Assembly (NCBI GenBank): GCA_965223845.1
Contig: CBDCXR010000004.1
Span: 7,296,001-7,360,000 of the forward strand
Length of the DNA: 64,000 nt
Source: Planctomycetota bacterium
GTDB lineage: Bacteria; Planctomycetota; UBA8108; SXIK01
Direction: 5' to 3'
Shown here: positions 1-9,118 of the stretch, piece after piece
Layout: every line of letters starts with the position of its first letter
Position numbering within the stretch: position 1 is the stretch's first letter
Made by a program: the position numbers and the translations under genes
The notes under the pieces: model-generated
What the model was told of the DNA's origin: nothing
Databases searched by the model: none
What the model saw: the letters and a program-made list of their open reading frames with translations, nothing else

Positions 1-557
1 ACGGCCGCTCCCGTCGCACCGACGACGGGGATCACTTCGTCGAGGATTCCCTGCACGAGCTCCGTCGCGGACGCTGTCCCGGCCATCCGGCCGTACACCT
101 CGAGGAGTCGCCGTACCTCTTCGAGAGCGCGTCGCGCCTTCTCTTCCTTGAGCATCCGCTCGAGGTCGTCGATCCGCCGGATGAACGTGGCACCGGGTCG
201 GGTCGCATCTGCCGCCGCCGCGCTCGTGATCGTCGAACCGGGTCGCTCGGTGCGTCGCGCGCTCTCCGGAGCGACGAAGCGCATTTCGGTGTCGCCCGCA
301 CGGATAACGTCGCCGTGCGCGATCGCGCCGTCGCGCACCGGGATTCCGTTCAAGTACGTCTGGTTCCGGCTCGCGAGATCGTTCACTCGCCAGGCGCCGG
401 AAGAGTGCTCGAGGCGAACGTGCGCACGCGACACCGCCGGATCGGAGAGAGCGACCGCTGCGACCGGATCGCGACCGATCACGATTTCCTCGGCGCCCGG
501 CGCGAGGTCGAACTCGGCGCCGAGGTCCGGACCGTCGATCACGACTATCTTGGCCAT
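1..557 (-). CDS. FHA-domain protein, probably followed by a GAF-like region; runs off the window edge
   Basis: Not in the ORF track. My translation from ATG 557: MAKIVVIDGPDLGAEFDL...IVIGRDP...SDPAVSRAHVRL...DLASRNQTYLNG...GDVIRAGDTEMRF, with FHA GR, SxxH and N motifs. The start overlaps the end of the kinase gene. Confidence 0.85.
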   Translation of the reverse strand, partial: MAKIVVIDGPDLGAEFDLAPGAEEIVIGRDPVAAVALSDPAVSRAHVRLEHSSGAWRVNDLASRNQTYLNGIPVRDGAIAHGDVIRAGDTEMRFVAPESARRTERPGSTITSAAAADATRPGATFIRRIDDLERMLKEEKARRALEEVRRLLEVYGRMAGTASATELVQGILDEVIPVVGATGAA

Positions 558-2350
558 GCGAAGTTCTCCACGCGAAACGGTTCGGCGGGCCGACCTTCGA
601 CCCGAACCCGCTCGAGCGCCACGGTGTAGGGACTCGTCGACGCCGTCTGGAGGACGGGATAGCCGCGTCCCCAATCATCGCCCTCGAGCGTCGCCACGAT
701 GAGCCGGCGCCTGCGCGAAGCGACGCGGACAGTGACTTCGACGCGCGTCCGGCCGCCGGCCGGAATGAAATCGAGCGCGACGCCGAGGTCGCCGCGACCG
801 AGCGGAGCCGCGCGGCGGAGACCATCGAACGCCCGCACTTCGAGGTCATCGATCCGGACGGGCACTCCCGCGCGCCAGGCTTCGATCGGTGCGTCGGGAC
901 GCAGTTCCCGCGGACGAATGCGTACGCGGAGCTCGCGCTTCGCCGGGGCGTCGGGCGCGACGATGCTGAGCGACAGATCGAAGCGCCCGGTGTCTTGGCG
1001 GATCCAAAGCTCGACCCTCTCGAGCGGATCGAAGGCGAACGGAAATGCGAAGGGCTCGACGAGCGACTCGTCCCACGAAAGCGCCGCTTCGGCGTCGCTT
1101 CCCCCGCCCGCACCGAGCTCGGGCCGAACTCCGCTCACGGAAGCCGTCGACGAGAGCGCGAGCACCCGGCGAACGACCTCGAGCGGCGGTGTACCCGGCG
1201 GAGGCGTCGCGAAGCGAACGTCGAGCTCGACCCTGCCGTCGGGGCGCTCCGTGAACCAGGGTCCGAGCGCCGCTGCGGCGAGCGCGCGCGTCTCGTCTCG
1301 CGCCGGGAGTGTGAGCGACACGATCGTCACCGCGAGTGTGACGGCGGCGAGGGCGCCTACCGCCCAGCGCAGGACGCGGCGGCCGCGCCGCGGCCGCCGC
1401 GGTCGCCGCGCGGCGTGATTCGGTTCATCGCCGCGCGCAACGGCGTCGAGATCCTCGATGAGCTGATCGTAGTTCGGGTAGCGGTGCGCCGGGGACTTCT
1501 CGAGCATGCGGAGGACGACGCGAGCCACGGCGTCCGGCACGTCCGCGCGCTGCTCCCTGGGATGGGGCGTCGCTTCGTTGACGTGGGCGACGATCACCGA
1601 GACGTGCGAATCGCCTTCAAACGGGGGCCGTCCCGTCAGGAAGTGATACATCGTCGCGCCGAGCGAGTAGATGTCCGACCGGTGATCGACCTTTCGTCCG
1701 CGTCCCTGCTCGGGAGAGATGTAGTGAGGCGTCCCGAGGACGAGGCCCTCTTGGGTGAGCGAGTTCTCCGCGCCGCCGATATCCTTGGCGAGGCCGAAGT
1801 CGACGATCTTGACGTGGTCGTCCGGAGTGACGAGGAGATTCGACGGCTTGACGTCGCGGTGGATGAGGTTTTTCGCGGCGGCCTCGCGGAGTCCCGCCGC
1901 CGCGTCGCGGATCCACGCGATGGCGCGGTCGACGTCGAGCGGCCCGCTCTCGTCGAGAATCTCGTCCGCCGAGAGCCCGTCGACGAGCTCCATGACGATG
2001 TAGGTCGTGGGCGGAGCGCCGGCGGTGGCGGCAGTTTCTTGAATGCCGTAGATCTGCACGACGGCGGGATGCGAGAGGCTCGCGACCGCCCGCGCCTCGC
2101 GCCGAAAGCGCGTCCGATAACTCTCCTCGTCGGAGTACTGCGGACGGAGCACCTTCACCGCGACGTCTCGCGCGAGATCGTCGTCGCGACAGTGGTAGAC
2201 GATTCCCATGCTTCCCGTGCCGAGCTGCCGGACGACCCGGTAGGGGCCGATCCGCTCGGGGAGACGACCACCGTCCTCGATCGACCGTGCGAACATCGCA
2301 TCCGTCGATCCGGTCCAGAGGGGTCGCTGCGGAGGCAGGGTTTCATCCAT
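545..2350 (-). CDS. Hanks-type Ser/Thr protein kinase with a TM helix and extracytoplasmic C-terminal domain
   Basis: LGTGSMG, VAVK, HRDVKPSN, DFG, GTPHYISPE and DIYSLG motifs; hydrophobic helix after an Arg-rich stretch. Confidence 0.95.
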   Translation of the reverse strand: MDETLPPQRPLWTGSTDAMFARSIEDGGRLPERIGPYRVVRQLGTGSMGIVYHCRDDDLARDVAVKVLRPQYSDEESYRTRFRREARAVASLSHPAVVQIYGIQETAATAGAPPTTYIVMELVDGLSADEILDESGPLDVDRAIAWIRDAAAGLREAAAKNLIHRDVKPSNLLVTPDDHVKIVDFGLAKDIGGAENSLTQEGLVLGTPHYISPEQGRGRKVDHRSDIYSLGATMYHFLTGRPPFEGDSHVSVIVAHVNEATPHPREQRADVPDAVARVVLRMLEKSPAHRYPNYDQLIEDLDAVARGDEPNHAARRPRRPRRGRRVLRWAVGALAAVTLAVTIVSLTLPARDETRALAAAALGPWFTERPDGRVELDVRFATPPPGTPPLEVVRRVLALSSTASVSGVRPELGAGGGSDAEAALSWDESLVEPFAFPFAFDPLERVELWIRQDTGRFDLSLSIVAPDAPAKRELRVRIRPRELRPDAPIEAWRAGVPVRIDDLEVRAFDGLRRAAPLGRGDLGVALDFIPAGGRTRVEVTVRVASRRRRLIVATLEGDDWGRGYPVLQTASTSPYTVALERVRVEGRPAEPFRVENFAWPR

Positions 2351-2488
2351 AACAATATATATCGTAGGTTTTTACGAAGACCTTGGCGTTGATTCTGTGC
2401 ATGAGAATCATACACATCGTACCCCGGGCGGGCCGGGGTTCGTACGCGGAATCTCCAGGTTCGCCGAGGCGTGCCCTCGGCGCGAGTC

Positions 2489-3256
2489 TCAGCGGATCGT
2501 GCGGAGCGCCGACGCCTTCCTGGCGGCGCGGGTCTCGCCGCTCCGCCGGCCGCAGACGAAGAGTGCGGTCAGCCACCAGTGATCCGCGAGCGTCCGGAGG
2601 ACTCCTACTCGTTCCCACCGCCGGGTCGATGCGCTGACGCACTCCGGAAGGATCGAGAACCCTCCGCGGCGACGGACGGCCCGGACGAGCTGAAGGTCAG
2701 CGAGAAAGCCGTCTTCCCGAAACCCGCCGACCGCTTCGAACGCGTCGCGGCGAACGAAGATCGCCTGATCTCCGAAGGGCCCGACGCCCAGACGATTCCG
2801 CAGCGCGGCCCCGCGTGCGATGAAGCGATAGGAGCGCCGGTCGGAGTCGAACGCGAGTGAGAAGGCGCCGCCGGCGGAACGCTCCATCGCAGAGATCGCG
2901 GCGGCCGCTCCGTTCGGTGGAAAGCGCACGTCGGCGTAGTGGAAGACGAAGCCGTCTCCCGAGGCCTGCGCGGCGCCCACGTTCAGTTGCGCGAAGAGTC
3001 CCCGCTCCGATCGCAGAACCACGTCCGCCATCCCCTTCGCGATGTCGATCGTGCCGTCGCGGCTGCCGCCGTCGACGACGATGAGCTCGTCGACCCCGCC
3101 CGCGCGAAGGCTGTCGAGGGAAGCTGCGACCGTCGACTCTTCGTCGAGCGTCGGGACCACGGCGGAGAGACGCGCGATGCGGGTGCGGTCCTGCTCGTGC
3201 GCCGGTTGCTCGAGAGTGGGCTCAAAGGAGGCGGAGCGCGTCATGAATTCGATCAT
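2489..3256 (-). CDS. GT2 family glycosyltransferase (TIGR04283-like)
   Basis: SAVVPTLDEE, VVDGGSRDGT, HYAD and PFGDQAIFVRR motifs. Confidence 0.85.
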   Translation of the reverse strand: MIEFMTRSASFEPTLEQPAHEQDRTRIARLSAVVPTLDEESTVAASLDSLRAGGVDELIVVDGGSRDGTIDIAKGMADVVLRSERGLFAQLNVGAAQASGDGFVFHYADVRFPPNGAAAAISAMERSAGGAFSLAFDSDRRSYRFIARGAALRNRLGVGPFGDQAIFVRRDAFEAVGGFREDGFLADLQLVRAVRRRGGFSILPECVSASTRRWERVGVLRTLADHWWLTALFVCGRRSGETRAARKASALRTIR

Positions 3257-3308
3257 CCGCGCGTGGCTGGCGGGAGGGAAGGAGATTCCCGCCGATCGAG
3301 CGTTCGAG

Positions 3309-4640
3309 CTAGGCCGGAAAGCATCGCCCGAAGCGGAGGAAGAGTCGCAGGGATCCGCGCACTCGGATGTTTCGCCGAAGGAGCGCCCAGACGATGTTCG
3401 TCTCGTGCGCGAGGAAGGCTAACCAGGTCGCGGTGTCGGCCCGTACGAAGAGGTCCGGAGTGCCTACGTGTCCGCGAGTTACCTCGATCGTCCCGTCTCG
3501 GATGACGATCGTCGCTTCTCGCTTCTCTTCGCCGGTGAAGGTGAAGTGATAGGTCGCGTTTAGATCGCCGGCGCGGCCCGGCTGAAACACGAGCGGAAGA
3601 CCGGACAGGAACTGTCCGAGTGTACGCGGGCGGAGACTGTTTCCGACGGTTCGCAGGCGCTTGTGCGGAAAACGTTTCGCGACGTGGTGCTCGGCGTCGG
3701 AGTTACTGAGCACGTACACCGGTTCTTCCTTTTGCTGGAGCGGCTTCAAGATCTCGCGGACGTGGCGCGGGCGGTCGTCGAGATACGGTCCGATCACTTC
3801 CTCGCCCGCGGGACACACAGCGAGGCAGTACGCGGCCTTGTAGTTTGCGCCGTGCGAAAGACTCTGCCACATCGAGGCGGACTCGGCGTCGTTCACTCGC
3901 CGGCGATAGTCGATCGCACTCTTACTCGCTGCGACTTGCTCGACCCAGTCGGTGAATCCGCCCATGAATTCGCGATAGTTGTGCGTGTAGCAAGCCGCGA
4001 AGTTGAACCGTCCGTCCGCCGCGATCGCGCCGACCGGGCACGCGGCGACGCAGAGCTTGCACTCGAGGCAGGGATTGAACTCGACGGGCTCGCCGTACTC
4101 GGACACCTCGCGCGAAAGGAGCACGGTACCGAGAAGCACGAAGTTTCCGAACCGAGGGTGGATGAGATTTCGGTGAACACCGATTTCCCCGAGGCCCGCT
4201 GCGACCGCGACCGGTTTGTGGGAGACGACCCAAAGCTTCCCCGGGAACTCTTCCATCTCCATCGGAAAGCCCATCGCCGGGGCCATCGCGCGCACACCGC
4301 GCTCTTCGAGCGCACGAACGATCGTGCGCGCGACGCGATCGACGTCGTCACCCGTCTCGTGAAACTCGAGATTCGCGACCGACCGGGCGGGGGTGCGAAT
4401 CGGTTCGCGATTCATGCGGACGACGAAGCTGAGAAGCGCCCTCGTCGCCGGAAAGTGCTGGAGGATGTCCGCGCGCTGGTCGGCGAGCTCGGATCGGTCG
4501 ATGGGGACGAATCCGACATCGTCGGCTCCGGCGTCGAGCGCGAGGCGGCGGAGCCACTCAGCGTCGAGCGGAGTGTCGTCGAGAGGGGGCGGCGGGGTGG
4601 AGCGTACGCGCTTTACCGTCGGGTGCTCGGCGAGATTCAT
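3309..4640 (-). CDS. QueG/reductive-dehalogenase-like 4Fe-4S protein with C-terminal SCP2 lipid-binding domain
   Basis: SHKPVAVAAGLGEIG, HPRFGNFVLL, CLECKLCVAACP and CLAVCP; C-terminal YHFTFTG...IRDGTIEV...PDL...IRVRGS resembles SCP2; RBS GGAGG. Confidence 0.8.
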   Translation of the reverse strand: MNLAEHPTVKRVRSTPPPPLDDTPLDAEWLRRLALDAGADDVGFVPIDRSELADQRADILQHFPATRALLSFVVRMNREPIRTPARSVANLEFHETGDDVDRVARTIVRALEERGVRAMAPAMGFPMEMEEFPGKLWVVSHKPVAVAAGLGEIGVHRNLIHPRFGNFVLLGTVLLSREVSEYGEPVEFNPCLECKLCVAACPVGAIAADGRFNFAACYTHNYREFMGGFTDWVEQVAASKSAIDYRRRVNDAESASMWQSLSHGANYKAAYCLAVCPAGEEVIGPYLDDRPRHVREILKPLQQKEEPVYVLSNSDAEHHVAKRFPHKRLRTVGNSLRPRTLGQFLSGLPLVFQPGRAGDLNATYHFTFTGEEKREATIVIRDGTIEVTRGHVGTPDLFVRADTATWLAFLAHETNIVWALLRRNIRVRGSLRLFLRFGRCFPA

Positions 4641-4664
4641 CGGACCTCCTTTGCGGCTGATTTG

Positions 4665-4677
4665 ATTGTATATACAA
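4665..4677. promoter_or_regulatory. Putative MarR operator, copy 1
   Basis: ATTGTATATACAA (palindromic core TTGTATATACAA) 25 bp upstream of the ATG at 4640; repeated at 5215. Confidence 0.7.
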
Positions 4678-4701
4678 ATAAAGATCGCAAAAAAACTCGC
4701 C

Positions 4702-5166
4702 TCACTTCGCCGACAGACGCTCCGTCGCGCGGCGGAGGAACTTGGCCCCCTCCGGGCCGACGAGCTCGGTCGCCAGCTGCTGCGCGTCCGCCCAGCGCGG
4801 CGCGGCTCGGGCGAGGAGCCGTCGCCCGGCGGGCGTCAGGCGGAACGGCTGCGCGCGTCCGTCGTCGTCGCTCAGCACCTCGATCCAGCCCCGGGCTTTC
4901 ATGCGGTCGACGTTCCGGCTGAGCGTCGAGCCGTCGAGGTGGAGATGCCGGCACACATCGGCGGGCCGCGCGACATCCAGCTTGGCCGTCGCGACGAGGA
5001 TGTTCATTTGGCTCACCTTGAGCTCGAGCGGGCGGAGGGCCTCGTCGTAGATCTGCGTGACCGCACGATTCAGCATGCGGAGACGGGAGGCGATACATTC
5101 CGCGGCGATGTCGTCGGGCGTCGGAGGGCCCGTCTTCGAGCGGCGGCGAGATTTCGGATCGGGCAT
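4702..5166 (-). CDS. MarR family winged-helix transcriptional regulator
   Basis: CIASRLRMLNRAVTQIYDEAL, LDGSTLSRNVDRM, DGR...LTPAG; start placed at ATG 5166. Confidence 0.9.
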   Translation of the reverse strand: MPDPKSRRRSKTGPPTPDDIAAECIASRLRMLNRAVTQIYDEALRPLELKVSQMNILVATAKLDVARPADVCRHLHLDGSTLSRNVDRMKARGWIEVLSDDDGRAQPFRLTPAGRRLLARAAPRWADAQQLATELVGPEGAKFLRRATERLSAK

Positions 5167-5214
5167 GGCGAAGTTCTGTTCGCAGACGGCCAGAGTGTCC
5201 GGCACGACAATAAA

Positions 5215-5228
5215 ATTGTATATACAAT
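5215..5228. promoter_or_regulatory. Putative MarR operator, copy 2
   Basis: Perfect 14-bp palindrome ATTGTATATACAAT upstream of the marR gene. Confidence 0.7.
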
Positions 5229-5274
5229 CATCATGGCGCGCAAGGACGAAATTCCGTGCGGGGACGAGCGCGAA

Positions 5275-6900
5275 TCAGACCGCCGTCGGCGCCGCGCCTT
5301 TCGGCGCGCTCGAGCCGAGCCCGACGCGCTCGCGGAGAAGACCGTAGCGGATGCTATCGCGGAGGGCCGTCCACGAGGCTTCGATGATGTTCTCGCTGGC
5401 GCCGACCGTCCCCCAGACCTCGCCCGTCGTGCGGTCCTTCGACTGAATCGTCACGCAGACCTTCGCGTGCGTCGCTTCCTGCGCATTGATGATGCGTACG
5501 CGATAGTCTTGGAGAACGATGTCGTCGAGCTCCGGATAGAAGCCGCGCAGCGATTGCCGGAGCGCGGCGTCGAGCGCGTCCACGGGACCGACCCCCTCTC
5601 CGACCGAGAGCTGTTCGGTGCCGTCGACCCGCACCTTCACCGTCGCTTCGGTAAACGTTCCGCCGCTCGCCCGGTGCTCGACCGCCGTCCGGTAGCGCAC
5701 GAGATCGAACAGCTCGGGAACTTCGCCGAGGTGCTTGAGCACGATCAGCGTCGCGGACGCCTCGGCCGCCTCGAAGACGTAGCCCTCGTTCTCGAGCTCC
5801 TTGATCTCCTGTACGGCGAGCTGCGCCGCTTCGGGCCGCTTCGAGAGATCGACTCCTTCAGCGCCGGCGAGGTGCTGCGTATTCGACTTTCCCGAGAGCT
5901 CCGAGATGAGAACGCGGCGCGAGTTCCCGACCGTCTCGGGCTCGATGTGTTCGTAGGAATGCGCGACCTTCATCACGCTGTTGACGTGCACGCCGCCCTT
6001 GTGGGCAAACGCCATCTGGCCGACGTAGGGCTCGTTCTCGGGAAAGACGAGATTCGCGACTGCGTGCACGTAGCGCGCGGTGTGACTCAAGTTGGGGAGG
6101 GCGTCCTCGCCCATCGAGAGCTCGCAGTCCATCTTGAGAAGGAGATTCGGAATGATCGCCGTCAGGTCGGCGTTCCCGCAGCGCTCCCCGAGTCCATTGA
6201 ACGTCCCCTGAACGTGGACGGCCCCGGCTTCCACCGCCTTGAGGGCGTTGGCGACCGCGACGCCGGTGTCGTTGTGGGGGTGCATCCCGACTCGAGCCGT
6301 CGGGCAGGCCTTGCGGACAGCGTCGATGATCTCACCGAGCTCCGTCGGCAGCGTCCCGCCGTTCGTGTCACAGAGAACGAGGCAGTCCGCTCCGCCGCGG
6401 ATCGCCGCCTCGAGCGTCGCGATCGCGTAACTCGGGTCGTCCTTGTAGCCGTCGAAGAAGTGTTCCGCGTCGTAGACGACCTCGCGTCCCTCGCCGAGGA
6501 GATAGCGGACGGAGTTCTCGATCATGCGCAGGTTTTCGTCGAGCGTCGTTCGAAACACATCGGTCACGTGGAGCTTCCACGACTTCCCGAAGATCGTGAC
6601 GACGGGCGTCTCAACCTCGAGGAGCGCTTGGATGTTGCGGTCATCCGCGGGGTCGGAGCCCGCGCGGCACGTGCTGCCGAACGCCGCGAGCTTCGTGTGC
6701 TCGAGGTCGACGTCGCGCGCGGCCTTGAAGAACTCGATGTCCTTCGGGTTGGATCCCGGCCATCCGCCTTCGACGAAGTCCACCCGGAACTCATCGAGCG
6801 CCTTGAGGATATTGAGTTTATCGACGAGGGAGAACGAAACTCCTTCGCCCTGCGAGCCGTCGCGGAGGGTCGTGTCGTAGATGTCGATCTTCTGCTTCAT
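5275..6900 (-). CDS. cimA: Citramalate synthase
   Basis: YDTTLRDGSQGEG, GGWPGSNPKD, YDAEHFFDG, HPHND, GERCGNADL and AHKGGVH motifs; LeuA-type regulatory C-terminus. Confidence 0.92.
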   Translation of the reverse strand: MKQKIDIYDTTLRDGSQGEGVSFSLVDKLNILKALDEFRVDFVEGGWPGSNPKDIEFFKAARDVDLEHTKLAAFGSTCRAGSDPADDRNIQALLEVETPVVTIFGKSWKLHVTDVFRTTLDENLRMIENSVRYLLGEGREVVYDAEHFFDGYKDDPSYAIATLEAAIRGGADCLVLCDTNGGTLPTELGEIIDAVRKACPTARVGMHPHNDTGVAVANALKAVEAGAVHVQGTFNGLGERCGNADLTAIIPNLLLKMDCELSMGEDALPNLSHTARYVHAVANLVFPENEPYVGQMAFAHKGGVHVNSVMKVAHSYEHIEPETVGNSRRVLISELSGKSNTQHLAGAEGVDLSKRPEAAQLAVQEIKELENEGYVFEAAEASATLIVLKHLGEVPELFDLVRYRTAVEHRASGGTFTEATVKVRVDGTEQLSVGEGVGPVDALDAALRQSLRGFYPELDDIVLQDYRVRIINAQEATHAKVCVTIQSKDRTTGEVWGTVGASENIIEASWTALRDSIRYGLLRERVGLGSSAPKGAAPTAV

Positions 6901-6930
6901 CGGTCGTCTCTGCTGCGAGCTAGCTGCTAC

Positions 6931-6974
6931 CCCTCAAACACGGGCGATTCGTCGGGACCGTCCGTGTTTGAGGG
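6931..6974. repeat. 13-bp perfect inverted repeat between leuA and cimA
   Basis: CCCTCAAACACGG ... CCGTGTTTGAGGG. Confidence 0.75.
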
Positions 6975-7054
6975 CCAAAACGAGCCGAGGGCTCGCTCGT
7001 CGGGATGAATCAGGCGCGGCGCTGCCGTGCCGGTGAGGGTCTTGCCGAACCTCC

Positions 7055-8635
7055 TCAGTTGGCGCGGCGTTCGGAGCGGCGATCCGACTCGCTCTCGTTC
7101 ATTCGACGCTGGAAGTTGAGCGCGCGGTTCGCGCCCTTCACCATCGCATGCACGGAGGCGAGGATCACATCGCCGTCGATTGCCTCGCCGCGGAAGGCGC
7201 TCTTCTCGTCGGTACTGAATCGGATGTGGGCGTGCGCGAGCGCGTCGGTTCCGCCGGTGATGGCCTTCAGGCCGTACTCTTCGAGCTTCAGGCGGTGGCC
7301 GAGGTTCGAGCTGAGGACCGACGAGATCGCACGGGCCGCCGCATCGACGGGGCCGACGCCCGTCCCGGTACCGATCGCCTCTTCGCCGTTCAGCTCGAGC
7401 TTCACGGTCGCGCTCGCCGTGAAGTTGTTCCCGGTCATCACCGAGAGCTCCTTCAGCTCGACGAGACGCTCGTCGCTCGTCCGATCGTCCAGGACCTCCG
7501 CCGCGAACGCGAGCACGTCGTCTTCCTCGACGGACTTGTTCTTATCCGCGGCGTCCTTCACGCGCTTCACGACATCGCGCAGTTGATCCTTGTCGAGCGA
7601 GTACCCGCGGTTCTTCAAGATCTCTTCGACCGCGTGGACGCCCGAGTGCTTTCCAATGACGAGCTGACGACCGGACCACCCGACGTCCTCCGCCTTGAGG
7701 ATCTCGTACGTGCGGCGATCCTGGATCACGCCGTGCTGGTGGATGCCGGCCTCGTGCGCGAACGCGTTCTCGCCCACGATCGCCTTGTTGCGCTGAACCT
7801 CGATACCCGTGAGGCTCGCGACGAGACGACTCGTACTCCAGATTTCCTTCGTGTTGATATCCGTATCCGCGCCGTAGCTATCGCTCCGCAGTCGGATCGC
7901 CATGACGACTTCCTCGAGCGAAGTGTTGCCGGCGCGCTCACCGATACCGTTGATCGTGCATTCGATCTGATCGCACCCGGCCTGCATCGCCGCCAGCGAG
8001 TTGGCGACGGCGAGCCCGAGGTCGTTGTGACAGTGGATGCTGAGCGTCGCCCTTTCGATTCCGGGGACGTTCTCTCGCACGTGACGGATGCGGTCCGAGA
8101 TCTCATTCGGCGTCGCGTAGCCGACGGTGTCGGGGATGTTGATCGTCGTCGCGCCGGCGTCGATCGCTGCTTCGACCACGCGGCACATGAAGTCGAGATC
8201 AGTGCGCGAGCAATCCTCGGGCGAAAACTCGACGTCGTCCGTGTAGTTCCGTGCGAGTCGCACGCACTTCACCGCCGCGTCGATGACCTGGTCGGGCGAC
8301 ATCTGCAGCTTCTTATCCATGTGGAGCTGCGACGTGGCGATGAAAACGTGGATGCGCCGCTTCTCGGCGGGTTCGAGCGCGCGACCGGCCGCCGTGATGT
8401 CGTCGTTTCGAGCCCGCGCGAGGCCGCAGATCGTCGGACCGTGCACGTTCTCGGCGATCGTCCGCACGCTGTCGAAATCTCCGCGCGAGCTGATGGGGAA
8501 GCCGGCCTCGATGATGTCGACACCGAGTCGCTCAAGCTGCCGCGCGATGACGAGCTTCTCGTCGACGTTCATGCTGGCACCTGGACTCTGTTCGCCGTCC
8601 CGCAGGGTGGTGTCGAAGATCTTGATGCGCCTCAT
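7055..8635 (-). CDS. leuA: 2-isopropylmalate synthase
   Basis: FDTTLRDGEQSPG, FSPED, PDTVG, HCHNDLGLA, GERAGN and NKAIVGENAFAHEAGIHQ motifs; start placed at ATG 8635. Confidence 0.95.
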   Translation of the reverse strand: MRRIKIFDTTLRDGEQSPGASMNVDEKLVIARQLERLGVDIIEAGFPISSRGDFDSVRTIAENVHGPTICGLARARNDDITAAGRALEPAEKRRIHVFIATSQLHMDKKLQMSPDQVIDAAVKCVRLARNYTDDVEFSPEDCSRTDLDFMCRVVEAAIDAGATTINIPDTVGYATPNEISDRIRHVRENVPGIERATLSIHCHNDLGLAVANSLAAMQAGCDQIECTINGIGERAGNTSLEEVVMAIRLRSDSYGADTDINTKEIWSTSRLVASLTGIEVQRNKAIVGENAFAHEAGIHQHGVIQDRRTYEILKAEDVGWSGRQLVIGKHSGVHAVEEILKNRGYSLDKDQLRDVVKRVKDAADKNKSVEEDDVLAFAAEVLDDRTSDERLVELKELSVMTGNNFTASATVKLELNGEEAIGTGTGVGPVDAAARAISSVLSSNLGHRLKLEEYGLKAITGGTDALAHAHIRFSTDEKSAFRGEAIDGDVILASVHAMVKGANRALNFQRRMNESESDRRSERRAN

Positions 8636-8728
8636 GGCTTCACCTGGAATACAAGAGCCGGACTCGCGCACCCGCCACGCGCGGGCGAGAAGTCAGGCGG
8701 TGGACGAGAGATTTGCTTCCGAATGACC

Positions 8729-8761
8729 AAAAAAAAACCCGCTGGCCGGGAGGACAGCGGG
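8729..8761 (-). terminator. Intrinsic terminator (attenuator) upstream of leuA
   Basis: Minus strand CCCGCTG-tcctcccggc-CAGCGGG followed by T9. Confidence 0.85.
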
Positions 8762-8785
8762 CGGCAACTGAAACTGAGCGTTCGC

Positions 8786-8953
8786 TCAATGGCCTCCCGC
8801 CTCCCGAAGGAGGCAGCTAATCGTAAGGAGGAGAGCGATCGCCGAAGCGGAGTCACGGCTCGTCGGGCTGTTCGATGAGCAGGCGCTCACGGCGGCGGTC
8901 GAGGCCGGCCGTGCTTCCGTAGCGATAGTTCGCTGCGCGCTGCGAGCTGACAT
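8786..8953 (-). CDS. Leu/Ile-rich leader peptide of the leuA-cimA attenuator (55 aa)
   Basis: My translation: MSARSAQRTIATEARPASTAAVSACSSNSPTSRDSASAIALLLTISCLLREAGGH*; the stop lies about 25 nt before the terminator stem. Confidence 0.7.
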   Translation of the reverse strand: MSARSAQRTIATEARPASTAAVSACSSNSPTSRDSASAIALLLTISCLLREAGGH

Positions 8954-9118
8954 GAGCGAGACGTCTCCGCGAGAATTCGAGCTTCGGGGGAACTCGAGGA
9001 AAGGCTTCGGTCTCCACCTCTATCGGTAGGAGGGCGCGCTTCCTTCGACTTCATTCCGGGGAAATCTACAACAACCGATCAGTTTAGTCCCGAAGTTTCG
9101 CCGATGTCAACGAGGATT

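Noticed and set aside
8729-8737. A9 run as a phase-variation tract
   Set aside because: It is intergenic and is explained as the U-tract of the attenuator terminator
8632-8856. 74-aa ORF from the track as the leader peptide
   Set aside because: It reads through the terminator and lacks clustered control codons; the 8786-8953 frame fits better
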